From Verrucomicrobiota bacterium (GTDB taxonomy: Bacteria > Verrucomicrobiota > Verrucomicrobiia > Limisphaerales > Palsa-1400), in assembly GCA_049517295.1 (NCBI GenBank), contig JBEKSF010000014.1:73-64072 (forward strand): a stretch of 64,000 nucleotides of DNA, read 5' to 3'. A model generated the notes under the pieces. The model ran no database searches. It was not told the origin of the DNA and saw only the letters and a list, made by a program, of their open reading frames with translations. Positions 54,807 through 62,353 of the stretch are shown here, one piece after another. Positions within the stretch are counted from its first letter, which is position 1. Every line of letters begins with the position of its first letter. A program made the position numbers and the translations under genes.

Positions 54807-55022
54807 ATGAAACAGAAACTTACCACCGGCCAGCAACAGGAGCAGAGCGCCGAAACGCGGAGCGAGAAAACGACGGCCAAGGAATTCGCCAGCGTGGAGG
54901 AATTGCTGCGCCACGACGCGGCGCAGACGGCGGTGCCGCCGGAGATCGCGCAGCGATTGCGCCAATCGCTGGAGGAATCGCCGCCGCCGCGGCGCTCGTG
55001 GTGGCGCAAGCTTTTCTCCTGA
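54807..55022 (+). CDS. Small protein downstream of the ECF sigma (possible anti-sigma/partner)
   Basis: 71 aa, starting 3 nt after the sigma stop. The motif FASVEELLRHDAAQTAVPPEIAQRL is one I recall from similar positions in PVC genomes. There is no TM segment. Confidence 0.4.
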   Translation: MKQKLTTGQQQEQSAETRSEKTTAKEFASVEELLRHDAAQTAVPPEIAQRLRQSLEESPPPRRSWWRKLFS

Positions 55023-55027
55023 TTCCC

Positions 55028-55639
55028 ATGCGGGCGTTCTATCAACGAGTGGCGGCGATGCTGACACCCGGAGTCGGCTTTTTGCTTGCGCTTTGGATCG
55101 GGTTGTTCCTTACCAGCCGGTTTTACCCTCTGCGGGATTGGCTCGCACTGAGCGGCCCGGCGGTCTGGCACGGACAAGTGTGGCGGCTGGCCAGTTACGC
55201 GGCGCTGCCGGCCTCGTGGCCGGATTTATTGATGAGCAGCATCGCGCTGGTGTGGTTTGGCGGCACGGTGGAACGATTCTGGCGGGCGGGAGAATTTCTT
55301 CTTTACTGTCTGGTCGCGGCCGCCGGGGCGGGGCTGGTGAAAGTGGCGCTCCAGTATTTCAGCCCCGGAGCACTCCTGGGACCCGGCCCCGTATGTTTCG
55401 CGTTGCTGGCGGCTTATGCGCGCCTGTGCGCGCAGGACGCGGTGATGCGCCAAACCGTCATCCTGTTCGCGGTGATCAGCGTTCTGCTGCTCGGCTCGGT
55501 AGCCGGCGTGATCAGCGCGGTCATCGCGCTTTCAGGAGGCGCGTGCGGGCTGGGTTATTTGTGGCTGCGCAGCGAATGGAGGCGTCCGCGAGGGGGACAA
55601 AACGCGGTTTCGCAACGCATCAGCCGGCTGGAATTATGA
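55028..55639 (+). CDS. Rhomboid-like polytopic membrane protein, apparently lacking the Ser/His dyad
   Basis: GQVWRLASYAAL….LLMSSIALVWFGGTVERFWG aligns with the rhomboid WR / HxxxN / GxxxE region, but the H and N are absent. The GxSG position reads GPGPV, and the His position reads ALSGGACG. Confidence 0.5.
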   Translation: MRAFYQRVAAMLTPGVGFLLALWIGLFLTSRFYPLRDWLALSGPAVWHGQVWRLASYAALPASWPDLLMSSIALVWFGGTVERFWRAGEFLLYCLVAAAGAGLVKVALQYFSPGALLGPGPVCFALLAAYARLCAQDAVMRQTVILFAVISVLLLGSVAGVISAVIALSGGACGLGYLWLRSEWRRPRGGQNAVSQRISRLEL

Positions 55640-56481
55640 CCGTCGCGACCCGGAACCGCGCGGAGCGGGCGAGAGAGAACGCGGCGCTGGCGCGGGAGAT
55701 GCTGGGCGAATGCCGGTTTTGCGCGCATGACTGCGGCGCAAATCGCCTGGCCGGCCCGGCCGGTTTGTGCCACGCGGGGGCAGAGACCCGTTTTTTTGGG
55801 GCGCAAATTGAAGTGACGGACGAATTGGAATTGATTCCCACTTACGCCGTGGCGTTGAGCGGGTGCGATTTGCGGTGCGCATTTTGCATCACCGGGGCGG
55901 AGAGTTGGAACAGTCGGGCGGGGGAATGGTTTGACGCGGGGGCCATTGCCGACCGAGCCGTCGCGGCGCTGGATCGGGGCGCGCGCACCGTGATGGTGCT
56001 GGGCGGCGAACCGTCGGTCAATATGCACGCGGCGCTGGAATTGGTCTCCCATCTGCCGGGCGAGGCGCGTCTGGTGTGGAAAACCAACGCCCACGGCGGC
56101 CCTCAGGCCCGGGCATTGCTGGACGGCATGTTTGACGTGTGGCTGGCGGATTTCAAATTCGGCTCGGAGGCCTGCGCGCAAAGGCTGGCGCGAATCTCCA
56201 ACTACGTGGCCGTGGCACGGGAGAACTTGCGCTGGGCCGCGGAGCACAGCGAATTGATCGTTCGGCATCTGCTGATGCCCGGGCACCTGGACTGTTGCTG
56301 GAAGCCAGTGGCGGCATGGCTGGCGGCGGAACTGCCGGGAGTCAAGACCAATCTTCGGCACGGGTTCTGGCCCGCCTGGCAATCGCGGCGCCACGCGGAA
56401 TTGCGCCGAACGGTTTCCGAAACCGAAGCCGACGCTGCCTTGGCCTGGGCGCGTGAACTGGGGCTGAATTTGATTCCATGA
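55636..56481 (+). CDS. Radical SAM protein, PflX (COG1313)-like activase homologue
   Basis: N-terminal Cys cluster CRFCAHDCGANRLAGPAGLC. The CxxxCxxC motif appears as SGCDLRCAFCITG. ATGA overlap with the preceding gene. Confidence 0.8.
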   Translation: MTVATRNRAERARENAALAREMLGECRFCAHDCGANRLAGPAGLCHAGAETRFFGAQIEVTDELELIPTYAVALSGCDLRCAFCITGAESWNSRAGEWFDAGAIADRAVAALDRGARTVMVLGGEPSVNMHAALELVSHLPGEARLVWKTNAHGGPQARALLDGMFDVWLADFKFGSEACAQRLARISNYVAVARENLRWAAEHSELIVRHLLMPGHLDCCWKPVAAWLAAELPGVKTNLRHGFWPAWQSRRHAELRRTVSETEADAALAWARELGLNLIP

Positions 56482-56666
56482 ACGCATCCGATCCGCCGCT
56501 GGTGACCGAATTTCTCCTGCTTCCCAACGGGCAGGTTTTGGTGCAGAATCTGACCCCAGTCATGGCCGCGATATTGCTCGAACTCAATCCGGACGATGAA
56601 GCCATTCGTCGCCGCGTCCCCGGCGCGGAAGCGCCGGCAGCCACAGAGGATGAACTTTCAAACTGA
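56478..56666 (+). CDS. Small hypothetical protein (62 aa)
   Basis: The ATG overlaps the radical-SAM stop (ATGA). The 3' end overlaps the AAA+ start by 17 nt. No motif was recognised. Confidence 0.35.
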   Translation: MNASDPPLVTEFLLLPNGQVLVQNLTPVMAAILLELNPDDEAIRRRVPGAEAPAATEDELSN

Positions 56667-58203
56667 ACTGGAACTGCTGATCCGGGCGCGCTACCCGATT
56701 CTTTACATCATTTCGAGCGAAGAGGCGCGCGCGCAAGCCGCCGTGCTGGCCGTGGGTGAAAAGCGCCACAAGAAAGTTTTTGAATGGACTTACAGCAGCG
56801 GGATTGTCCCGGCCGGCACGTCCATCCAATCGCAAAAACACCGCAACGCGGCCACCAAGGACCCCTTGACGGCGCTGGACCAGGTGATCGAGCAGGTGGA
56901 GCCCGCGATATTCATATTCAAGGATTTCCATCCGTTTTTGACGCGGAACAATTTTGCCATCGTGCGCAAGCTCAAGGACATCGCGCTGCACCTGAAGGAC
57001 AGCCTCAAGACCATCGTGTTGATCTCGCCGATGTTGGAAATACCGACGGAACTGGACAAGGAGATCACCGTCCTGAATTTCCCGCTGCCCTCGCGCGAGG
57101 ACCTGAGCGCGCTGCTGGACCGGATCATCACCGACGTCAAGGAGTTCAAGCAGGTGCGCGTGGAATTGGACGAAGCCGGGAGGACGCGTCTGTTGCAGGC
57201 GGCGTTGGGGCTGACGCTGGGCGAGGCGGAAAACGTGTTCGCCAAAATCATCGTCAAGGACGAACGGTTGAGCGGGGACGATGTGAACGAAGTGTTTGCC
57301 GAGAAGCAACAGATCATCCGCAAGAGCGGGTTGCTGGAGTACTGCACGACGACGGAAACCTTCTCCAATATCGGCGGCCTTGCCATGCTCAAGGACTGGC
57401 TGAACAAACGCGTTTCGGCCTTCACCGACGAGGCGCGGGCGTTTGGGCTGCCCGCGCCCAAAGGCATCCTCATGCTGGGGGTGCAAGGCTGCGGCAAGAG
57501 CCTGTGCGCCAAGGCCGTCTCCAGCCAATGGCAACTGCCGCTGCTGCGGTTCGACATGGGCCGGATGTTCGGGAGCCTGGTCGGGTCATCGGAAGAAAAT
57601 GTGCGCCGCGCCATCGCGGTGGCGGAATCGGTGGCGCCGACGATATTGTGGGTGGACGAGATTGACAAGGCCTTTGCGGGATCGCAAGGGTCCGGCTCGG
57701 CGGACGGGGGGACGACGGCGCGGGTCTTTGGGACGTTTCTGACGTGGCTTTCGGAGAAGACGGCGCCGGTGTTCGTCGTCGCCACGGCCAACGACATTTC
57801 GCAATTGCCCCCGGAATTGCTGCGCAAAGGCAGGCTGGACGAGATTTTCTTTGTCGATTTGCCCAGCCGTGAGGAGCGGGCGCAGATTTTTGCCATTCAT
57901 CTGGTCAAACGGGGGCGGGACGCCGCGGCGTTCGACACCACGGCCTGCGCGGAGGCCAGCCCGGACTTTAGCGGCGCGGAGATCGAGGAGGCGATCAACA
58001 ACGCCCTTTACGACGCATTCTACGCCAGCCAGCAATTGACCACCGCCCACATCCTCCATTCGGTCACCCAAACGGTGCCGCTGGCCAAAACGATGGACGA
58101 GCAAATCAACCGGCTGCGCAGTTGGGCCGAGGGCCGGGCGCGCAACGCCAGCGTGGGGCGGGACGCGCAGAAGGCCGCCTTAAGCCGCCGCATGGAATTG
58201 TGA
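56650..58203 (+). CDS. AAA+ ATPase, Ycf46-like
   Basis: N-terminus MNFQTELELLIRARYPILYIISSEE. Walker A MLGVQGCGKSL. Walker B ILWVDEIDKAF. Second region of homology VFVVATAND…ELLRKGRLDEIFFVDLP. Start taken at ATG 56650. Confidence 0.85.
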   Translation: MNFQTELELLIRARYPILYIISSEEARAQAAVLAVGEKRHKKVFEWTYSSGIVPAGTSIQSQKHRNAATKDPLTALDQVIEQVEPAIFIFKDFHPFLTRNNFAIVRKLKDIALHLKDSLKTIVLISPMLEIPTELDKEITVLNFPLPSREDLSALLDRIITDVKEFKQVRVELDEAGRTRLLQAALGLTLGEAENVFAKIIVKDERLSGDDVNEVFAEKQQIIRKSGLLEYCTTTETFSNIGGLAMLKDWLNKRVSAFTDEARAFGLPAPKGILMLGVQGCGKSLCAKAVSSQWQLPLLRFDMGRMFGSLVGSSEENVRRAIAVAESVAPTILWVDEIDKAFAGSQGSGSADGGTTARVFGTFLTWLSEKTAPVFVVATANDISQLPPELLRKGRLDEIFFVDLPSREERAQIFAIHLVKRGRDAAAFDTTACAEASPDFSGAEIEEAINNALYDAFYASQQLTTAHILHSVTQTVPLAKTMDEQINRLRSWAEGRARNASVGRDAQKAALSRRMEL

Positions 58204-58282
58204 CCGAAACGCGCGCGATTGCCGCGTGAGGAATTGCTCCTGGCGGGGTCAAAGCAAGGAGAGATTAAAACAGGAGCCACCT

Positions 58283-58753
58283 ATGAGTTGTGTTTGTATA
58301 TTGACCCCGTTGGTCATCGTCGCCTGGCCGGCGTTTGGGGCGGCGGTGACGGCGGCGGCCAGTTCCCTAGGTTATCAAGTGCTGGCCGGCCTGGAAGGCG
58401 CAGGGGTCGAAAAGGCGCAAGCCAAGTCCACCGCCGTCCAACTCGATATTCCCCGGAGCGAGATCGTCACGGGCCAACTGGGGCGCGACCAGCGGATCAG
58501 CGTGGAGCGAAACGGGGTGAGGGTGACTTTCTCGCGCGATAACCGCGGCAAGGCATCGTTGTGCGTGAGCGGCGACGGCCATACGAAGGAGGAATTGAAG
58601 GCTTTGGGGGAGGAATTGAGCCAATCGGTCGTGCAACAATACGTGTATCGAAAGTTGATGGACGAAATGCGCTCGCGGGGATTCATCGTGGTGGAAGACG
58701 AAGTCAGCGAAGACCGGTCCATCCGCCTGAAAGTGCGACACTGGGAGGGTTGA
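58283..58753 (+). CDS. DUF1257 (Ycf35)-like protein with an N-terminal hydrophobic segment
   Basis: The C-terminal …VVQQYVYRKLMDEMRSRGFIVVEDEVSEDRSIRLKVRHWEG matches my recollection of DUF1257 C-termini. AGGAG lies ~8 nt upstream of ATG 58283. Confidence 0.5.
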   Translation: MSCVCILTPLVIVAWPAFGAAVTAAASSLGYQVLAGLEGAGVEKAQAKSTAVQLDIPRSEIVTGQLGRDQRISVERNGVRVTFSRDNRGKASLCVSGDGHTKEELKALGEELSQSVVQQYVYRKLMDEMRSRGFIVVEDEVSEDRSIRLKVRHWEG

Positions 58754-58756
58754 AAT

Positions 58757-58963
58757 ATGCCACAACGCGAATTTGACATCACGATCACCAAAAGCGGCAG
58801 CATTGAACTGTACGTCAAAGGTTACAAAGGCCGGGCCTGTCTGGAGGCGGCCAAACTGTTCGAGCAAATCGTCGGCGAGATGCAATCGCAACAGCATACG
58901 AGCGAGTTTTACGAGCCTGATGAGCAGGTGCATCACCGACTGGATCAGCGCCGCGGCCCATGA
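58757..58963 (+). CDS. DUF2997-like small protein
   Basis: FDITITKSGSIELYVKGYKGRACLEAAKLFEQIVG….TSEFY fits the DUF2997 pattern (small beta-hairpin + conserved Cys + …EYY). Confidence 0.55.
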   Translation: MPQREFDITITKSGSIELYVKGYKGRACLEAAKLFEQIVGEMQSQQHTSEFYEPDEQVHHRLDQRRGP

Positions 58964-59808
58964 CCACAACGGACAGCTCGTATTACCCGCCCCGCGCCAA
59001 CGCGCTGAGCCGCGCGAAGGAGGGCTGGCGTCGGCTATTCCGCGTGACGCGCTTCGAACTGGCCGAGAACGTCACGCTTCTGGGGTTCGCAGCCGGAGTC
59101 TTCGTGCCGGGCCTGGCGTATTACCTCACGGGGCGGCGGCGGCTGGGATGGGCCGCGATGGGGCTGTGCGCCGTGCTGCTGGCCGTGTTTCTTGCACTGA
59201 TAGGGTATCCGCAGGCCAATGCCGCATTGGGCGTGTTGTTGTCGATTCACTGCGTTGGCTTGGTGTCTTATTTCCAACCCGCCCTGGCTGGGGCGCGGTG
59301 GCCGTTCCGTCTGGTGACAGCCTTGGGCTTATGTTGCATGACCCTGGCGTTGGTCTATGCCCCGATGCGCGACTTCATCGAGAACCATTGGCTGATGCCG
59401 TTAAGTTATCGGAACAAGGTCGTCGTCATCCGGCGCACATCTTCGGCCTCCGGCCTCCGGCGCGGGGAGTGGGTCGCCTTCCGCAATGATTCGGTGCAGA
59501 GAGATCACCGGTACCTTCGGGAGGGCCTTAATCTCAGCCCCGTGGTGGGTCTGCCAGGTGATCATATCGAATTCTCGCGCGGCACATTCTTCGTCAACGG
59601 CACTCCGCATCCGGCGCTGGCGAACATGCCCCAGGGCGGGGAATTGACAGTGCCGGAAAAACGCTGGTTTCTTTGGCCGGAATTGTTCATAATACAGCAT
59701 GGCAACGTGAACGTCTCAGAATGGATCATGAGCGTGGCGATTGTCGATGAGACGCAATTCGTCGGCAAGCCCTTTAAGCGCTGGTTCTGGCGGCGTCAAA
59801 CCTTCTGA
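58960..59808 (+). CDS. Membrane protein with a signal-peptidase-I (S26)-like C-terminal domain, probably non-catalytic
   Basis: Three to four TM segments, then GEWVAFRN…, VVGLPGDHIEFSRGTFFVNG (SPase box-D-like), and VPEKRWFLWPE where active SPases have GDNR..S.DSR. ATGA overlap with the previous gene. Confidence 0.45.
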   Translation: MTTTDSSYYPPRANALSRAKEGWRRLFRVTRFELAENVTLLGFAAGVFVPGLAYYLTGRRRLGWAAMGLCAVLLAVFLALIGYPQANAALGVLLSIHCVGLVSYFQPALAGARWPFRLVTALGLCCMTLALVYAPMRDFIENHWLMPLSYRNKVVVIRRTSSASGLRRGEWVAFRNDSVQRDHRYLREGLNLSPVVGLPGDHIEFSRGTFFVNGTPHPALANMPQGGELTVPEKRWFLWPELFIIQHGNVNVSEWIMSVAIVDETQFVGKPFKRWFWRRQTF

Positions 59809-60581
59809 TGAGCAGATTCGTCAATCTTGAACTGGGCGGGGAATCGGAGGAGCAGTCCTCAGAAAAGGGGCTGGTCCGGGACGAGCCATACTATTTGCGC
59901 GAGGGGCAGGCCGCGTTTGAGAACGCCGAATTCGAGAAGGCCCTGCGCCTTTACGCCAAAGTCCTGGAATACAATCCGCAGAACGCCAGCGCCTGGACGG
60001 CACAGGCGCGCCTGCTCATCGAGTTGGGCGAGTACCGGGAAGCCAAACTCTGGGCCGACAAGGCCCTGGAACGCTTTCCCAATGAGGCGGAGTTGCTCGC
60101 CGTCAAAGCCGTCGCCCTGGGCCGGAGCGGAGAGTGCCAAAGCGCGCTGGCCTTTTCCGACGCGTCGATCGAGGAACGCGGCGCCCAAACCCCCTATGTC
60201 TGGCTGGCGCGGGGAGACGTCCTGCTGGCCTGCCGCGAGGCGAGGGCGGATTATTGTTTGGAGAAGGCGCTGATGCTGGCGCCCCGCAACAGCTTCATCG
60301 CCTGGCTGGCGGCGCGCATCCGTTTTCATTATGAGCAGTTCGCCGTGGCGCTCAAGATCCTGCAAGAGGCGGTGCAATGGAACACCGGCCACTTTCTGCT
60401 CTGGCTGGACCTGGGGCGCTGCCAGGAAGCGTTGGGGTTTGTGGATGCCGCCCAAATTTCCTACACCCAGGCCCTCGATCTCAATGGCAATTGCGAAGGC
60501 GCGCAGGAAGCCCTGAATGGGCTGGCGTCGCGGGGCCTTGGCGGACGGGTGCGCGGTTTGTGGCGGCGCCTTGTCAAATGA
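59808..60581 (+). CDS. TPR-repeat protein
   Basis: Repeated A..A/…Y…A….A….P helical pairs (FEKALRLYAKVLEYNPQNASAW…). The start overlaps the upstream stop (TGATG). Confidence 0.8.
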   Translation: MSRFVNLELGGESEEQSSEKGLVRDEPYYLREGQAAFENAEFEKALRLYAKVLEYNPQNASAWTAQARLLIELGEYREAKLWADKALERFPNEAELLAVKAVALGRSGECQSALAFSDASIEERGAQTPYVWLARGDVLLACREARADYCLEKALMLAPRNSFIAWLAARIRFHYEQFAVALKILQEAVQWNTGHFLLWLDLGRCQEALGFVDAAQISYTQALDLNGNCEGAQEALNGLASRGLGGRVRGLWRRLVK

Positions 60582-61654
60582 GCGTTCCGGACATCAACGA
60601 TGCAAGCATCGGGCGGCTGTTGTCGGCGGCGCACGAGTGCGAAGCCTCGGACCTTCACCTGGTGGCGGGTGTGCCGCCGGCTTTTCGCGTCAACGGCGAG
60701 ATCATCCTGGCCAACGAGGATGCGCTGAAACAGGCGGAAATCCAAGAAATGGCCATCGGGCTGCTCAACGACCATCAGCGAAAGAAACTGGAGACGGAAT
60801 GGGAGTTGTGCATTTCGATGCACCACAAGGTGGCGGGGCGGGTGCGCGTGACGTTTTACCTCCGCAACGGCTCACCGGAAATGAGCCTGCGCTTTTGCGG
60901 CCATTTCATCCCCACCCGCGAGGAATTGGGCCTGCCGGAGAAGGTCGATGATTTGGCGCGCAAACCCAACGGCCTGGTGCTGGTCACCGGCCCGACGGGC
61001 GCGGGCAAAACCACGACGCTCAATTACCTGGTGGATCTGATCAACAACGAGCGGCGGTGCAAAATTGTCACCATCGAGGACCCGATTGAATTCGTGCATG
61101 AGAACCGGCGGGCCATCGTCGTGCAGCAGGAGGTGCTGACCGACGTGCGCTCGTTCGACCGCGCGTTGATCCATGTCTTGCGCCAGGACCCGGACGTCAT
61201 CGTGGTGGGCGAGATGCGGGACCACGAGGCGATCTCGACGGCGTTGACGGCGGCGGAGACGGGCCATTTGGTGCTGGCGACGATGCATTCGCCCAACGTG
61301 ACGCACGCGCTGGAGCGGGTCATCGGCGTCTTTCAAGGCAACGTGCAGCGGCAGATCATCCTGCAACTGGCCAATTCGTTGCAAGGCATCATTGCGCAGG
61401 ACCTGTTGCCGGCGACCGACCGCAGCCGGCGCGTGCTGGCCTACGAATTGCTGATCAGCAACGGCGCGGTGCGGAACATGATTCGCGAGAACCAATTTCA
61501 TCAATTGGAGAACATGATCCAAACCGGGCGCAAGGAGGGCATGGTGCTGATGGACAACTGCCTCTACGACCTTTACTGCAAGTGCCTGATTTCGTACGAC
61601 ACGGCCGTCAGCCGCGCGCGCAACCCCGACCGCATTTTGCGGGATAGGAAGTGA
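60578..61654 (+). CDS. pilT: Type IV pilus retraction (twitching motility) ATPase PilT family
   Basis: ASDLHL, Walker A TGPTGAGKTTT, Asp box KIVTIEDPIEF, Walker B DVIVVGEMRD, His box ATMHS. ATGA overlap with the TPR gene. Confidence 0.9.
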   Translation: MSVPDINDASIGRLLSAAHECEASDLHLVAGVPPAFRVNGEIILANEDALKQAEIQEMAIGLLNDHQRKKLETEWELCISMHHKVAGRVRVTFYLRNGSPEMSLRFCGHFIPTREELGLPEKVDDLARKPNGLVLVTGPTGAGKTTTLNYLVDLINNERRCKIVTIEDPIEFVHENRRAIVVQQEVLTDVRSFDRALIHVLRQDPDVIVVGEMRDHEAISTALTAAETGHLVLATMHSPNVTHALERVIGVFQGNVQRQIILQLANSLQGIIAQDLLPATDRSRRVLAYELLISNGAVRNMIRENQFHQLENMIQTGRKEGMVLMDNCLYDLYCKCLISYDTAVSRARNPDRILRDRK

Positions 61655-61785
61655 CGGGTTCCTTCTTTCGTAATACTGGATCAACGCCTTGATTTTCCTC
61701 GCGAAGCTGTCAGAGTGTCTTTGCAATGCAGCCGGCCGGAGATGAATCGCGCCTGCGCTCCGCAATGAGTGGAGAGCGGCGGCAT

Positions 61786-61882
61786 GGAGGTGTGGGGCGA
61801 CCTGGTGGCGCTCCTGGTCTTCAAAACCAGCGTGGGGCTCAAACAAGTCCCAGGTGGGTTCGATTCCCATCCACCTCCGCCA
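61786..61882 (+). tRNA. selC: tRNA-Sec (anticodon UCA)
   Basis: 97 nt ending in GCCA. The anticodon arm CTGGT-CTTCAAA-ACCAG has a loop identical to E. coli selC. The variable arm is long (TGGGGC-tcaaacaa-GTCCCA). The T-loop is GGTTCGATTCC. Acceptor + T stems total 13 bp (7+6 as I fold it), the tRNA-Sec hallmark. Confidence 0.85.
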
Positions 61883-61944
61883 ATTTTCCAATCCCGCGCG
61901 CCGGCGCGCAAGCACTGACGAGCATAAATCAGTACTAAGATGCC

Positions 61945-62310
61945 ATGTTTAAACCAGTGCCACAGCCGCCGGTGAATCCCAGCTTGCGGGCGCTGGAACG
62001 CCACGATTTCTGGCCCGGCTTCGTCATGGCATTGGGCGGGTTGGTTGTCGCTTTTTGCGGCGCGTGGCATCTGACGAATGTCGATAGCGTCGATGGCGGC
62101 ACCGCGTCAGAGACGCAACTGATCAAGGCCCTATCCTGTGGCGGTCTGCAATTTGCCGACCAAATGCCGCCGCCGCCACCGCCGGATTTCAAGGCCGCGG
62201 CCAATCCCGCCGAGGCGCTGGACCGCTGGGCGGGTCAGCAGGCCGCCGCCCAGCCGCCGGCGTGGAAAATCCGCGTGAATGCCGGGGCCAAAACGCCCTG
62301 CCCGACGTGA
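61945..62310 (+). CDS. Hypothetical membrane-anchored Pro-rich protein. A possible Sec read-through would extend it to 62319.
   Basis: One N-terminal TM (FWPGFVMALGGLVVAFCGAW) and a PPPPPP linker. The C-terminus reads …KIRVNAGAKTPCPT-TGA-ATA-AAA-TGA. Third-position G/C bias supports coding. Confidence 0.5.
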   Translation: MFKPVPQPPVNPSLRALERHDFWPGFVMALGGLVVAFCGAWHLTNVDSVDGGTASETQLIKALSCGGLQFADQMPPPPPPDFKAAANPAEALDRWAGQQAAAQPPAWKIRVNAGAKTPCPT

Positions 62311-62324
62311 ATAAAATGAATTCC

Positions 62325-62341
62325 GGCCACGTGGCGTGGCC
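62325..62341 (+). other. Perfect 7-bp hairpin (ggccacg-tgg-cgtggcc) 14 nt after the TGA at 62308. Candidate bacterial SECIS or translational-coupling structure.
   Basis: Read directly from the sequence. The 3' arm contains the alternative GTG start (62336) of the next ORF. Confidence 0.4.
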
Positions 62342-62353
62342 ATTCTGTACCGC

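Noticed and set aside
61895-61910. A 14-nt perfect palindrome, GCGCGCCGGCGCGC, just 3' of tRNA-Sec: a terminator or protein-binding site?
   Set aside because: There is no loop and no following T-tract, and GC-rich palindromes of this size are common in high-GC genomes. The evidence is insufficient to call a feature.
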